From: Anthoceros angustus
Lineage: Eukaryota > Plantae > Anthocerotophyta
DNA length: 64,000 nt
Reading direction: 5' to 3'
Assembly (NCBI GenBank): GCA_010909165.1
Contig: MU008184.1
Coordinates: 682,001-746,000 of the forward strand
Positions 12,501 through 27,700 of the stretch are shown piece after piece (positions within the stretch are counted from its first letter, which is position 1; each line of letters starts with the position of its first letter). A model generated the notes under the pieces. The model had not been told where the DNA came from and ran no database searches. It saw nothing but the letters and a program-made list of their open reading frames with translations. The translations under genes and the position numbers were made by a program.

Positions 12501-12868
12501 TGTCATCTTGCAACCAGTGAGGCAACTCGAAAAAATTTGTCACGAGCAGAACTTGAGGTTGGATATGGATTGCGTATGTCTGAGTGGAATGGTGATTGCG
12601 CGAGCAGTTATCAATGACGTGCCTTGTGGTATTTCGAAACATCAAGAAAAGCGAGTTGCCCGAAGATTAGCTGCTGCAAAGGTTCGCGATTGATTCTCAG
12701 CTGATTTCATCCACAGCAACGTAAATTGGCAGCGTACATTCTTCAAAGATGCTGCGAAATGTTTTGGCTGATAACGAAGTCTTCACTGTGCAGGCTTTAC
12801 TTCAACTAGGGACTGGATTTAAGCTGGCGAACACTAGGACAGCTTGTGAGTATCCAAAAGCTCCTTGA
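9539..12868 (+). CDS. Minimal (helicase-less) Dicer-like protein, ~780 aa: platform-PAZ-RNase IIIa-RNase IIIb-dsRBD
   Basis: In-frame GT-AG exon chain 9539-9865, 10020-10474, 10596-10681, 10816-11003, 11231-12133, 12245-12322, 12460-12681, 12794-12868 (alternative end ~13006 if 12846-12935 is spliced). Motifs: YFVLPL..IDW, LRHKEQPLL, VQLPPEIC, YESLELLGDSVLK, KTLADLVEALVGAY, FQRLEFLGDAVL, PKVVGDILQT, QPVRQLEKIC..KRVARRLAAAKAL. Confidence 0.92.
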
Positions 12869-13777
12869 TGGGGTCGTTTTCCAGATTCTCCCCCGCCCTC
12901 TGTACTAACTTTCTGGTTGTCTCTGGTCTGTCTAGGTACCACGGCCCTACAGCCTCTGCATTCCATAATCCATGCCTGTTCCAGGTCAGAGCATTTGGTG
13001 ACATGAGTTGTTGGGCAGTTCGTCGGTGGATTGGGTGCCAAGCATCCCGTAAGCCTCCCGATGTCCTTTGCCGCCAGCAACGAGCTGTCCGAATACCTCC
13101 GAGTTATGAAACTGAGTTGGCAGCGGTTCGAATGTCCTAAGAAAAATGCAGCGGAGCCCCCCAGGCCGCCTCGGGAAAGGTGATATTCGGTTACAAGTCT
13201 CCCTACCGGTTGCTGTCATTTGTCCGTTACCTCATTCTCGGTTGCTCCGACATTTGCAGTGGCGTAAAGCAGTTTGTTGCTGCTGTCAGCGTACAACTTC
13301 TGGCGCGGTGATGCTCAGTTGCGCAAACAACAAAGGGAATGGATCATGCGAATTTGCTCTTTATGGGAGGGCTTGACGAGGGTTTCTGTGTCTTGGGAAC
13401 TGAACTCTGTCCGTGTCCCCCTGTCCCAGCGATCCATGGAAGTACATCTTGTCGAACATCACTTTCATCGTGTGACTTACTACATTTCTGGGCATGACCA
13501 TGGTGTATGTGGTGGTCTTGAGTTGTTGCCCTGAGAGACTGGAGATCAATTCACATGCCAGTACTTCCCGCCTCGTACGGGCTCTTGCATGAGACACCTC
13601 ACTTCTCTCAGTGAGAGCCATAACTCGTCTTGGAATTTGGAAGTGCACAGCATCTTCAGGGTCCAGGAGGAAAAGTACAAATGCAGGGGTACATTTAGTG
13701 AAATTGTAGTTTGCAACCGCAGCATTGCGAATGGGGACATACATGTAGTCTTTTGCACCTACCAACCAAGAAAGGAA

Positions 13778-16162
<2,385 letters not shown>

Positions 16163-18721
16163 CAAGTGGACATGAGCGTAGATTAATCGCATTACCAAGT
16201 GGGCCAAGAGATCCACATGAGCTGATAGGGCGACCCTCACCTCCATCAGCCTCCTCAGCTTTGTAAATCAGGTCCACATTATTTTCACTCTGTTGATCGT
16301 GTATTGGACACTGTCCAGCCAATTGGCGAAGCCCAGTGTATGTCCAATCCTCCATAGGCACGGGGTGGCAGCACCTTCCACCACCCTCCGTCAATGGTAT
16401 GTGATACTCCAACTAGCTGTTACTCGGGTAGCTCTGCGATCAATGCCCATGCCATTGATGTGGGCACAGACGACATGTGATGAAAAGCGAGTTAGCGTGA
16501 CAGACCTGAAGCACCCGCCAGGTGCGTCCTGTGATCTCACTCAACCCTGCCTGTGTTCACATGTTCAGATATGGGTTTTTAGTCTCTGAACTAGCTTGGC
16601 CGTCACAAGGCAGCCTCAGGCCCTTACGGCAGCCACGAGGGAGCGGAGGTGAGTGTGGGGTCGGTGGGGTCGGTGGGGTCAGCAGGCATATCTTGGCAAG
16701 CCAGTGAAAAGGCAGTGGGCCACCAGCTGCAGTTGTTTGCATAGACAGCATGTACATGCAAAGGTAAAGTAGGATCCCGATTCAGGACCCGATTTCTGCT
16801 GCAACTAGGGACAGGCAGCACGCAATTGGCGACGACCACTGCGCCGAGTGGGCACCTCGTATATATTGGAGACTGCCGATCCCTGCTGCATATTGCAATC
16901 AACAACTCTCGCCCTTCGGAAGGGGTAACCGTTACCTCTCAAATGTTCTTAGTTCTCGTATCCTGCCAGCCGCCCAAATGGCTGCAGCTATAGAGGCATT
17001 CGGTAGCGGCGCACCCTCCACAATTCCCGGCATGGAATAGGTGAGGCAGCGTATTGGCTACTCATCAACAAGGTGACACACTGCAGTGGCAGTGCCGGCA
17101 GACGCGTGGGACATTTAGCAACAACGTAGGAACGCGGTATGATTTGCTACAATTTGCCTGGCCACCCACTTACGTTCAGCCACCTTGTTCAACAAATTTA
17201 GAAGTTGCAGCTAACTAGGAGTCGCACTATGAGGAATAGTGTGGAAAGTGTATGAAACGGCCCAAGTTGTAAATCACCTCACCGACATGAGGCCTTGCAT
17301 GGAAACTATTGGCCTGCCGGCTTTAGGCCTGGGGGAGCACGGTCTAGGTCTGCCGGTCTTTATTACTGCTGTTGTACTGGTCACAGAAAAGTAAATCGCG
17401 GAACGGAACGGCCGCGTCTCCGCGTGTACCGCGAGGCTCCAAATATATGTGTATGCCGGCGCGTCTATTCCGGTATCCGCCATCACGGGCAGCAGAAGCA
17501 GCAGCAGCAGCAGCAGCTACCTACATATACGGTAGGAGTACATACATAGGCAAACAGTAGCAACTGTCTTGTGCATGTGCAGTGGTGCAGGTGATGAGCC
17601 TCTTGGCTCCACCCGTTTGTCTCATATCGCTGTTGTGTAGCTGGACCTCGCAAATGCTTCCAATCATTCCGTTGTATGCAGGGCAGCAGGCAGGAGCGAG
17701 TCCACCATAGCGTGACAGAGAAGGAAGGATGAGACATCGGCCACGGTGGTGGCAGGAAAAGTCCCGTTCAGCGTTTCCGTTTGATAACTGCATTTATGGA
17801 TTTGTGCAAGGATCAATTGCTGGGAGGGGATTGGGGAGTGCAGCTTCCAACTTCCAGCGTACAAGTATACGCGGGCAGACTGCCACCGGCGCAGGGCTAG
17901 TTGTCATGATTGACGATGGCGAGAAAGGGTAGGCGGTAGGCACAAGAGGACAGAGCGCGGGAATCGGGATGGGCCGGGCCGGTCGTTTTTTAGATGGCCA
18001 GGGAGCTGACTTCAGTTTGGCCAGCCGCATCTCCACCGCTTTCTTTGCCGGATCTCTTTCAGTCTTTTTTAAGCGAGCTTCGTCGCCTCGTAACACAAGT
18101 CTAATCCGCCCTCTCCCGTCACTTCTTCACACTCCGTTCTGGGGCCGGGCTCGAGCAACCAGCGGACGGATCGACGATTCTGCTCGCCTCTCTACCTACA
18201 CTGTTACACCGTTAGTGTTGCCCAAAGTCCTGGGGTATGGCAACATTAGTCTCGTCCGTTGTCACTGTGAAACCGGTCGGGTTTGCGCCTGGCTTGTGGT
18301 CCCTCTAGTCCTTGTTGCGCTTTTCAGCGCTTGTGTGATGTTCGATTCCTTGCTGCACTGAACAGTGCCCTCTCGACTTGGTCCAGATGCTGTGAAGGGA
18401 TTCATCTCCAGCCACTCATGTGCCGTGGCTCATGGTGAATCGCTTCCTTAAGCTTGTCTCCCCAGGATGATGGGTGAAGGTGGCTGTGCTGGCGGTCAAG
18501 CCCGTTGAACGCCTTAATCCTGCAGTCCGTGTTGTCCTACACCTGAATTGTGCATCGCATCCTCGAGGTACGAGGTACAGTGGCAGCCAATCTAGTCAAT
18601 CCAACTAGTGTGGTCAAGTTTTTCACCCTGAAAGCCACTCGTCTGTTCCCTTTGCGCTTGGGGATGCGTTTGATGCACTTGTATGATGCACCAGTGCTCA
18701 AACACAAAGCGCTTGAGCGTC

Positions 18722-18802
18722 TGGAGCCTGGGAGCCTGGGAGCCTGGGAGCCTGGGAGCCTGGGAGCCGGCAGGGAGCCTGGGAGCCGGCAGGGGGCCTG
18801 GG
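18722..18802 (+). repeat. 8-bp minisatellite (CTGGGAGC)n with G-quadruplex consensus
   Basis: GGG-AGCCT-GGG-AGCCT-GGG-AGCCT-GGG.. seen directly. Confidence 0.85.
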
Positions 18803-19796
18803 CCCGCATTGTCAGTCAGATTCTGATAGTCGCCGTGAATGATAAAAAAGCTGATCTCCTGTGGTTTGGTGCGCATGAGTGAATCTCACTTCCCCTTCCT
18901 TTTCCGCACAATCGTGTCGCCACCCAACTCCCCATCCATGTCGTCCGGTGTGATGTCCGGCCGCGGTGTGTGCACCTGAATTTGTCCATCGCTAACCTGT
19001 TTTCCTTTTCCCCCACCAGCTCAGGGCTCTCGTTACCAGCTTCTCGGCTCCTTCTGCTGAGTTCTCCTTCCTACCCAGGAAAATTCTCCTCTCTTCCACC
19101 GACTACAACCTTGCTCTCTGAGAGGCGATTGTGTTCCTCGCGTGTTGGGTAAGCTACCGCTTGTCTTGAGTATCCGGGAGCCTAATTATGGTATTTGCAG
19201 GTCCAGCTCGCTCAACAGGCCGCCGTACTAGTGCTGCAGAGGCTCTCCCTCGACTTCAACTATGCGTCATCTGCGAACGCGTCGATACCAGACGGTCGTG
19301 AGGACAGATCGTGGCGTATATCCCGAATCGTGGCTTGTGCGAGAGCAGGTAAGACAAGCTTAAGGCTGCGGAATGCTTTTGTTGTGAATTCCTCTAAGGT
19401 GTGCAGGTCTAGAGCTTATTTATGCTAGTTTGCTTGAAACGCACTTTGAGGCTGCAAGCAAGATTCGTGGTATTCATGTCCCAGCTGTGTGTCAAAGTTG
19501 TGAACTATTACTTCCCAATTCATCGGCGACAGCTCGGAGTGATTGCGGTGGTCAATACCTTTGGTCACAGAATTCAACCCACCTGAAGCTTTGCTACAAA
19601 CTTCTACCTGGTCTGAAGACTATATAGGTCTTCAACCTTTTAATTGTCTTTGTTTTTGGGCTGTCCGCTGTACATGTTTTCATGTTGAATATCCCTGGCA
19701 TGTATGCAGGTAACTCACTCTCGTACGTGGTTAGCGGGGGATGCAAATGAACGTGGATATGTTGAAAATTCGAAGCTTGCTGCTGGATCGAGGATC

Positions 19797-19860
19797 GATC
19801 CACAAGTGTGTCGCCCAGCCAGTTTTCATCAAAACTGGCTGGGCGACACACTTGTGGATC
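19797..19860. repeat. Perfect 30-bp inverted repeat with 4-nt loop
   Basis: GATCCACAAGTGTGTCGCCCAGCCAGTTTT-CATC-AAAACTGGCTGGGCGACACACTTGTGGATC. Confidence 0.97.
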
Positions 19861-19929
19861 TCATGTCCAGATCATGTTGGCAGATTGTTCTGCACGACTT
19901 CAGGTCGTGATATCCTTTCGGTCCGAAAC

Positions 19930-20030
19930 CAACCGTCAAGTGACAGAAGAGAGTGAGCACATTTTGCTTTGTGCAGAGGCTGCATCCAGTGATGCGTGCT
20001 CACTCTCTTCTGCCACTCTGTTTCGGGTGT
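19930..20030 (+). ncRNA. MIR156: MIR156 precursor hairpin 1 (mature 19941-19960)
   Basis: Exact miR156 TGACAGAAGAGAGTGAGCAC with complementary arm GTGCTCACTCTCTTCTGCCA at 19996-20015. Confidence 0.95.
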
Positions 20031-20081
20031 TTCTCGGATTGAAAGAGAATCCGTCTCGAGGGCTTGCTCTGTTTTGAGGAT

Positions 20082-20180
20082 GAGTAGTTAGTGACAGAAG
20101 AGAGTGAGCACATTTGGTTACGTCCATGAAGGCATGCATGTAAACATGCGTGCTCACTCTCTTTCGTCTCTCTTCCTAGT
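20082..20180 (+). ncRNA. MIR156: MIR156 precursor hairpin 2 (mature 20092-20111)
   Basis: Exact miR156 sequence with arm GTGCTCACTCTCTTTCGTCTC at 20150-20170. Confidence 0.92.
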
Positions 20181-23064
20181 CTTCATGAGAAAGCTATTCA
20201 ACTTCACTCACTGCCGATGGTAAGATTTGAAGTACGGTGACCCTTGAATCTCTTCAACTTTCCCTTTTTCGAGCATGTGCTTTCTGTTCGGTTAAGTTTG
20301 GTTCACGATCACCTCCTTAATCGGTTGTTCTGGGTGCAAATGTCATGAGTGCAGTGAGGAGTTTGCGATTCATGGATCTCATGGACAGAGGGATTTCAGG
20401 TTTTAGACATCAGTTATGTTATAACTTTTTATTGCCATTGTACAGCTTGCAAGCGTATGCAGTCGTGCAATGTTGAAGATCTTTCAAGTCCTCCAATCAC
20501 CTCCAAGTCTTACAAGTCCTCATGGTCAGTAGCAAGATATCGACAGTCGGATCCAGACTTAATTGGGAGCTGGGATCCGTTCATGCAACTAATAGTATTG
20601 AGGCTTCAAGATGGCTGGAAACTTTTAGTTCTTGATTGCTGGAAAGGTGTCTTCTTTGTATATTTCTGGAAAAGTCTCTTACAAGTCCTCAGTAGAAAGA
20701 TATCTAGACCTGCAGATCTAGAAGCTCTGGTTTCTCGCTCTTTCAAGAGAACGATTCAATCAAGGTACACTGCGTTTGACAACTGTTTTCGTGTTAGAGG
20801 CAACTGCTGGCTGGTTCTGTGAGTTCCGTGAGATGTTGCTCCCGATCGGGTGAGTTTGGAATGGAAAGCTTCTAAACAACATAGAGCCACAAGTGTAATT
20901 GTGCAGATGTGGCTTGAGCAAGTTGTGAGCATATCTGCTCAGATTCCTGCCAAGTACAACTGCTCAAGAATCGATCTGTTGTACATCCAAATTCAACCAC
21001 TTGAGTCAGCAGTGGTGTGCAACTGAATTGCGCACATTTGGAACGTGAAATATCACAATTGCATGCACACGTACGTCAACAGTCGTATAACGCTATGTGG
21101 CTACTCTGTAGAAACATTCTGGCCAGTGCGGCACTCCCGACTAAAAGGTTGGTGCGCATGCCACTGTACAACAGAAGAAGTACTAGTCCAACTGAAAGTG
21201 GCAACAGTTTCCAGTTCAAGAAAGCTGTTTGCCGTCTGTTATGACGTCGCATACGCCCGGATTGAGTTGGTGCACAGGGTTAGTGTGCTACAACCCTATT
21301 TACAGCCTTACCGTGTCTCTTGGCATAAAAAGCTGTGGACCTTCACCACGTGAAGGACAACGCCTTCTGATTCTCAAGAAACATCCAGCTAGCTGCACCT
21401 AACCACAAACATCCTGCTCCAGGGCTTTCAATGTTTCTCTTCACTACTTCTGCAAGCAACAATTCCTTTCAACTCTGTGGCAAGGATCTATCTATGTATA
21501 CTGTAGTTGTCAAAAGAGCACGAGCTCACAACTGGGCTCTGCACTAGTCTACATACTCGCAAAATTATCCCCTGGAGATACCCTTGACTTTGGCACCATT
21601 GTGGGTTGCCGAAGTCAAGAGTGTTCCCATGGCCAGTACCAGCAGTTCCTGGCCGGCTGGATAGTAGACAGATAGGAGGTGACCGAGGTCGTCAAAACAG
21701 TAGCAGAATGTCCGTAGCTTCATCATAGAAAGTACCTCCAACGGGCCACACTCACGTCACAAAGCACATGTAGTAGTAAGACCCGCTCTCACCGACTGTA
21801 CATAGCCGCTCACACAGTGGAACCAGAAGAGAGAACATTCTTGCCACATGATGGCCCTACCTGCCAAAGAAAAGAACTCTGTAACCAGTCAGCAACCGTA
21901 CTATCTCCTCCACAAAGCTTGAGATCATGCGTTCAAAAAGGCTCCTCCCTGATCTTATAATGCGCAAAGCTGGGATCATGACAAGAGGAAGCGGTCAAAA
22001 TTGTCATACCCACCGGCTGAGGGCCACACATTACTCAAGGTGCAAAGACACGAGCCCACATACGTGCACAATGGCAACACGTCTAGATTGACAATATCAC
22101 ACAGTTATATTAATAAAATGGTGGACAAAAGTAAACAACCATATATGCCACGACAAGATGAAGAATATTCTGGTAGACCCCGTTGACACTGTGGGGAGTG
22201 GCTGGGCAGCTCAATCTGTCGCCTCGCAAGATGCGCTCCTGTGCTGCAGGTGGCGCGCCCTACATATGTATACAGGGCCCCGGGGCCCGGCCCGGCGCGA
22301 TTCTTGACATGGTTCAACTCCTGGTCGCGGACGATTAATCGGCCACGCATTGCTCGCCAGAGCAAGAAATTTTCCAGGACGAAGTTTTCCATGAATTTCC
22401 AGCTCATAGACGCTAACCCAATTCGGCAATAGCCGATGGCCACAGCTGAAATAAGTGACTTCACACGTGTGCGCATGCGTGGATCAACACTGCACCCGGA
22501 TACTCTCTCATGGAGGAAAAATATGGCAACACGAAAATTGTAATTGATGGCTCCGCAAGGTCCCGTGACCTTGGGCAATGCAAAGCTTGCGACGCGGCAG
22601 AGCAGCGACAGGAATCAATCTTGATCCTACGTACCTCGTAACGTCTCGGCGCCGGCTGGACGGATCGGCGATGAACGTGACCGTACACTCGTGAACGAAA
22701 CGGAATTGGCAAGACTGCTGCTGCTCGGCTGCTGAGAACGATCCAGGGCTGCATCTTGGACGCTTTCAAGAAGCAGCACCCGAGGGTAAAGACCTGACCG
22801 CGAAATGACGATCCTCCGTGATGCAGTCTTGGAAAAATCAGTCCATCTGCAGGCTGCCAGCTGAGGACGTGTGGCGCGTGAAGTAGTCACGAGTTGGCGT
22901 CGTGTCGATATGTGCCTGCGGAGGTCACGATCCAGCAGCCCGGGCCTGCGGTACTACCGGTTAGCGAATTTAAAAAGCATGGGGATCCAGAAATGGGATG
23001 GAGATGGAGAAGGTGGGGAAGAATTGGGTTGGAAAAAGAGAAGAGCAGGAGAGGAGAGAGCTGA

Positions 23065-23165
23065 GGGCACAGGGTCCTGACAGAAGAGAGTAAGCACGCA
23101 TAGCTACATGCAACCTCGTTGCGAGGAGCCAAATGTGCTCACTCTCTTCTGTCACAACTCTGCCC
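23065..23165 (-). ncRNA. MIR156: MIR156 precursor hairpin 3 (mature = complement of 23135-23154)
   Basis: Minus strand reads TGACAGAAGAGAGTGAGCAC..loop..GTGCTTACTCTCTTCTGTCA; TTTAAA box ~120 nt upstream (~23273-23279). Confidence 0.93.
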
Positions 23166-24751
23166 CGGGAGAGCTGGCCATGGCAGTGGGAGGAGGAGGA
23201 GGCGGAGGTGGAGGCGGAGGCGGGGGCGGGGGCGTAGAGTTGGTGTTGGAGAGGGCGCAGGCGGGGTTGGAATTTAAACGGGGGCGCAGTGCGGAGTGCG
23301 GAGTGCGGAGTGCGGTGCGTGCGCAGTCGGGCCCAGCACACGAGCGAGAGCAACAGGCCAACGGCACTGACAGCAAGTGCATGCACGCTTGGTGCCGGAT
23401 GCGCAAATTCGGGAGCGTTGGAGGGGAGGAATTCTGGAAGCTCCGGCATCTGGCCGGGCGGGGCCGAGGGGCGAGTGGGAACAGGCGGCAACAGGAGCGC
23501 GGGCGCAGACAGCTTAACAGCAGCAGGAGCATGGGGCCAGGTTGTGAGCGACTCATCGCATCGGCAAGACGAAGGGAAAGGGGGAAGCGGATGCAGCCAG
23601 GCGGGGGTGCGGAGATTGCGACGGCAGCAACCACTGTGGAACAGGAGCAAGCACTTAGGCGAGGCGAGCGGCGAGCGGCGAGCGACTTCGCGTCGGCTTA
23701 ACTTGACTGGCCACAAACAGACAAATGCGCCTCATTAGGAACTTGTTAATAATCGTGGCATGACACCAGGACGTGAACTGCAGTCGCTCCCGCCCACACG
23801 TGCCTCACCGGCCTCTGATTCACGTCCTTCTATTTACAGCTGCAGTTTCAACCCGGCCCCCGTGCGCACACTTTGTATTTTTAGAAGTCATGCTCACCAT
23901 GACGACGCCTACGCTACGCCTCCTTGGTGGAATCAACTGGCTTGGCACTTGTACCTTGGCTTGGCAGCTAGGGCTTGGCTTCTGGGCTGCCTGCAATTTC
24001 TTGCCCGCCTCCTCCGATGCAGACGAGACGGTTTACTGGCATGCTGCAGAGCAGCGCAGTGCAGTGCAGTGCGACTGTAGCTCACACATAGTCCGCATCC
24101 GATGCAAACAATCTCCATGCCATACTGCAGTCCACTGTAGCTCACACACAGTCCAGTCCGCACTCACCTCCAACACCATCTCCTCATCCCCCCGCCCCCG
24201 CAAGCTGCTGCTGCTGCTGCCGGGCCCTCCAGCCTCCGCTACTTGGTCTCCTTGTCCATGTCCAGCACACGTCCCTGCGAGACCTCGGCAAACAACCGGT
24301 CGGCCTGCCTCCCAGCACGCCCCGACAAACCAGGCACTACTGTGCATGCAAGCCACCAATGGGTGAGGGTAAGTATTAAGTAGTAAGCCTGGGCACACAA
24401 CACCACGGGTTACCAGACACCGCTGTCCACACAGGATGAACAACAACATCGAATTCACATTACAGACCCACAGCAGTGGGCGCATCGTATCCACAACTCC
24501 ATTTCACTCCATGTCAAGAGTGGAATGCCCGTCGGAATACCAATAGAAATCAATGCCTACCTAGCTAAGCTGTATCCCAAACCACCTTCATGTACAACCC
24601 GGGCTTTCCCTCACCAGCAGTTCGGATCACAGGCCGCCTCGGTCGAGAATCCTCACACACTTTCGAGAATCCTCACACACTTTCTGATTATTCAAAGAAT
24701 ATTATCGAAACTAGATCAAAGGGTACTGGAAAAACCAGCTGATAGAGTTCA

Positions 24752-27700
24752 TCATCTTCTACGAGTCTGTTCCTTCATAGCCAGGTAGGAATCCACTTGC
24801 GTGTCCACGAAGCCCTTCACCTTTTCCGCCAGTCTGGACTTCACAATTGGTTTCACAACTCCCTGCTACGTCATGCACACACAGCACATGTAAATCAGCA
24901 TACAAGACATCAATACTAGACCAACTTCACAACATGTTCAGCTACTTTGTCTTTTCGTTCCACCTCGGCTCTCAACACTCACGTTTTCAGTGTTTCTCTT
25001 GTACTTATCCATTTCCTTTTTTATTATCTGTACACCAAGCCTGTCATTCAGCTTGACTTCATCTCTCGTACTGAGCTGTACACACACAAGACGTGGTCAT
25101 TTAAGTCAGATGATGCTCACGATAAGCCACACAACGGCTGTTCGCGCAACTGCTACAACAACACACCTTATGTGCACCAAGATAATGGGCAACTAGACTT
25201 TGGACCTGCAAGGAGAGTTCAGAAAGGAAACGTAAGATTTCATAGCCAACACATCCACAGGATGGTCGCAGATTTAAGGAAAAGCATGTCATCGCTTACA
25301 TGTGCCTGGAAGCCAGGTGATTCAGGCGACTCCCATCCATCCACATTTTGCCTTGAGGACCTCTCCTCGCGGACACCTCTTCCACCAGAATCATTCCGTT
25401 GGGAACCGTGCCATAACGACGAATCTGTGTGATGCCTCCCATCATCTACACGGTGACCTGATTGAGAGCCTGAGTGGTATCCAGATATGGTTCGTGCATA
25501 AGACCTTTGGTCATCATGCACATCTGACCCCCTTCCATCTGACCCCCTTCCACCATCCCGCTGGTGCCTCATGTTCGCATCTGCATGGCGGAGTGGCCTG
25601 GAATGGTTTCCATTGTGCCCTCCCATGCCCCTGTCACCAGCAAGCTCTCGCCACCTGCCCCCTCCTGACATGGATTCTCTCGTGTTGCTGGCAGAAGCCA
25701 AAGGAGTCCTAGACTTGCCTTCGATTTGTTTGACGTCCTGGCTCCATGTGACGCTATTGTGCTTGGCTCCCCTGCTACCTTCAGGACGCTGACCCTTTCC
25801 TGCACCACCTTCCGCTTCTTTACAGTCGACTACTGTAGGCTCATGGGGATCTGCAGCAGCTTGTTCGGATATGTCAACTCTGCTCTCAGTTACACACGGC
25901 TCACTTAACTTTCCCAAAGCCTGTCCCTCTGTGGCTAAAATCTCTGTACCAACAATGCTGTCTAACTGGTGATCATCCACATCTTTGGCACCCTGTTTGC
26001 ATATTGGCCCATCATTGATTTGGACATCAACAGCGCCTTGCACACACAAGACTGCTACTGCTCCAGAACCATCACCAGCAGCCCCTTTATCATTGGAGCA
26101 AGGTTGCAGATTGCTCCTCAATTCAGAATTAGAAGCTTCAGCCTTGCCATCCTTTTGTCCTTCCAAGGCTTCCTGATCCAGATCAGCGGAGACAGCACCC
26201 ACATTAACCTGCAGTTGACCGAGGTGATTTGAAAGAAAACCTTTTCTTCCAGCATCTTCAGATTCAGCAGGATGTTTAGCTTCTGTGCATTCATGTGGTG
26301 TTAAATCGCCGTTGTTTGGGCCGTAGCATCTCTCTAAGTTTGCTTCACACAGTCTTTGCTGCATATCTTCTGAGACCACACAATTCAAAGGCCTTTCGCT
26401 GGACAGATGTGAGTCAAGTGGCCAACACTGATGATTCTTCCAGCTGGATTCTTTCTTGCTTTCCTCACAGAGATCGTCCTCTGATGCCTTACCATCAGGC
26501 CTCCGTTCAGTCCTTCCGCTACCCTGCAAATCAGGTGGATGTTCCCTTTCATGAGGTATTCCAAAAGTGTCACCATTACACTGACCCATCCCCGCATCAG
26601 GGTGCCTTCCCTTAGAGGACGCCTCAGGATACAGCCATTTGCCAGGCCCTTCTGTATGTTCAGGAACCAGGGTATCACCACTGAAAGGACGAGGCATTCT
26701 TGGCCTAGAAAGGTCAGGTCTTCTGCTGTATCTGTCTCGGGCCAATTCTTTGAGAGCACTCTCGGAGTGCTCCCACCTGCGAGGTTCATGTCCACGATTC
26801 AGTCCAACCATGTCCAATCTGCCAGACCCATAACCCGACTGGCCCAAGAATGCTGCACCATCCTCTCGACCTTCTGCCAGCCTTGCAGATACACCTACGC
26901 ATGCTTCCCGTCGTATCACATCAGTATCTGGACTACCATGTATGTACCCATCCTTTGCACTGTTCTCCACCTGCCTTGATGGCTTCTGATGGCATCCAGA
27001 GAGATTTTGCATAGCCCCCACATACCTCGACTGATCCCTTTGTGTTCCTTCAGTACCCAGACTACCAGGTTCTCGACCGCGAGGTGAAAGACCAGGAACT
27101 GGCGGCTCTGGCTCCATCTCGTCGTCATGATCTTTTGTACCTGCATTGTCAGGTAGCCATGGACCTCCAGCTTCTGCCTGATTCTTGGACCATGGCGATG
27201 TTCGTTCTGGAGCATCCACCTGAAAACCTGGAGGCCCTGTAAAAGAAGATGCTCCTGACTGCATATGCCACGGACCATGATGTCCTGCAGGCATGCTCTG
27301 CAAATGTGCAGGTCCCAGAGCCCCAGGAGGATAGGCTGTCATTCCCAAAGCATGCATAGGCTGTGGCCCTTGAGGGAGCACATGAACCCCTTGTACTCCC
27401 GGTGGACCTGGTGGACCACAATACATACTTGGCTGAGGTATTGCAGATGGACCGAACTGACCCGACACAGTAGCTGTCATGCTGCTGGGAGTGAACCCTG
27501 GTGGCAGAGGAGGACCTGGCGGCAAAGAGGCTGGGTGAGGAGAGTGCTCACGGTAATGTGGGTACTTTGGCGGGGGTGGTTGCTGCCACTGCCTCTGATA
27601 CCCCTGTTTGGATTGTCTCAACCAGTCTGACTGGAACTGGGGAGACACTGCAGATAACCCACCAGATGGTGATGACGGGACCTGAGAAACTTGCCCAGCT

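Noticed and set aside
13361-13765. 134-aa minus-strand ORF downstream of DPCK
   Set aside because: No recognisable domain; lies in the expected 3' UTR region and has a non-ATG start.
22970-24494. Several 150-250 aa ORFs
   Set aside because: GC-rich low-complexity frames overlapping the MIR156 hairpin and promoter; no domain signal.
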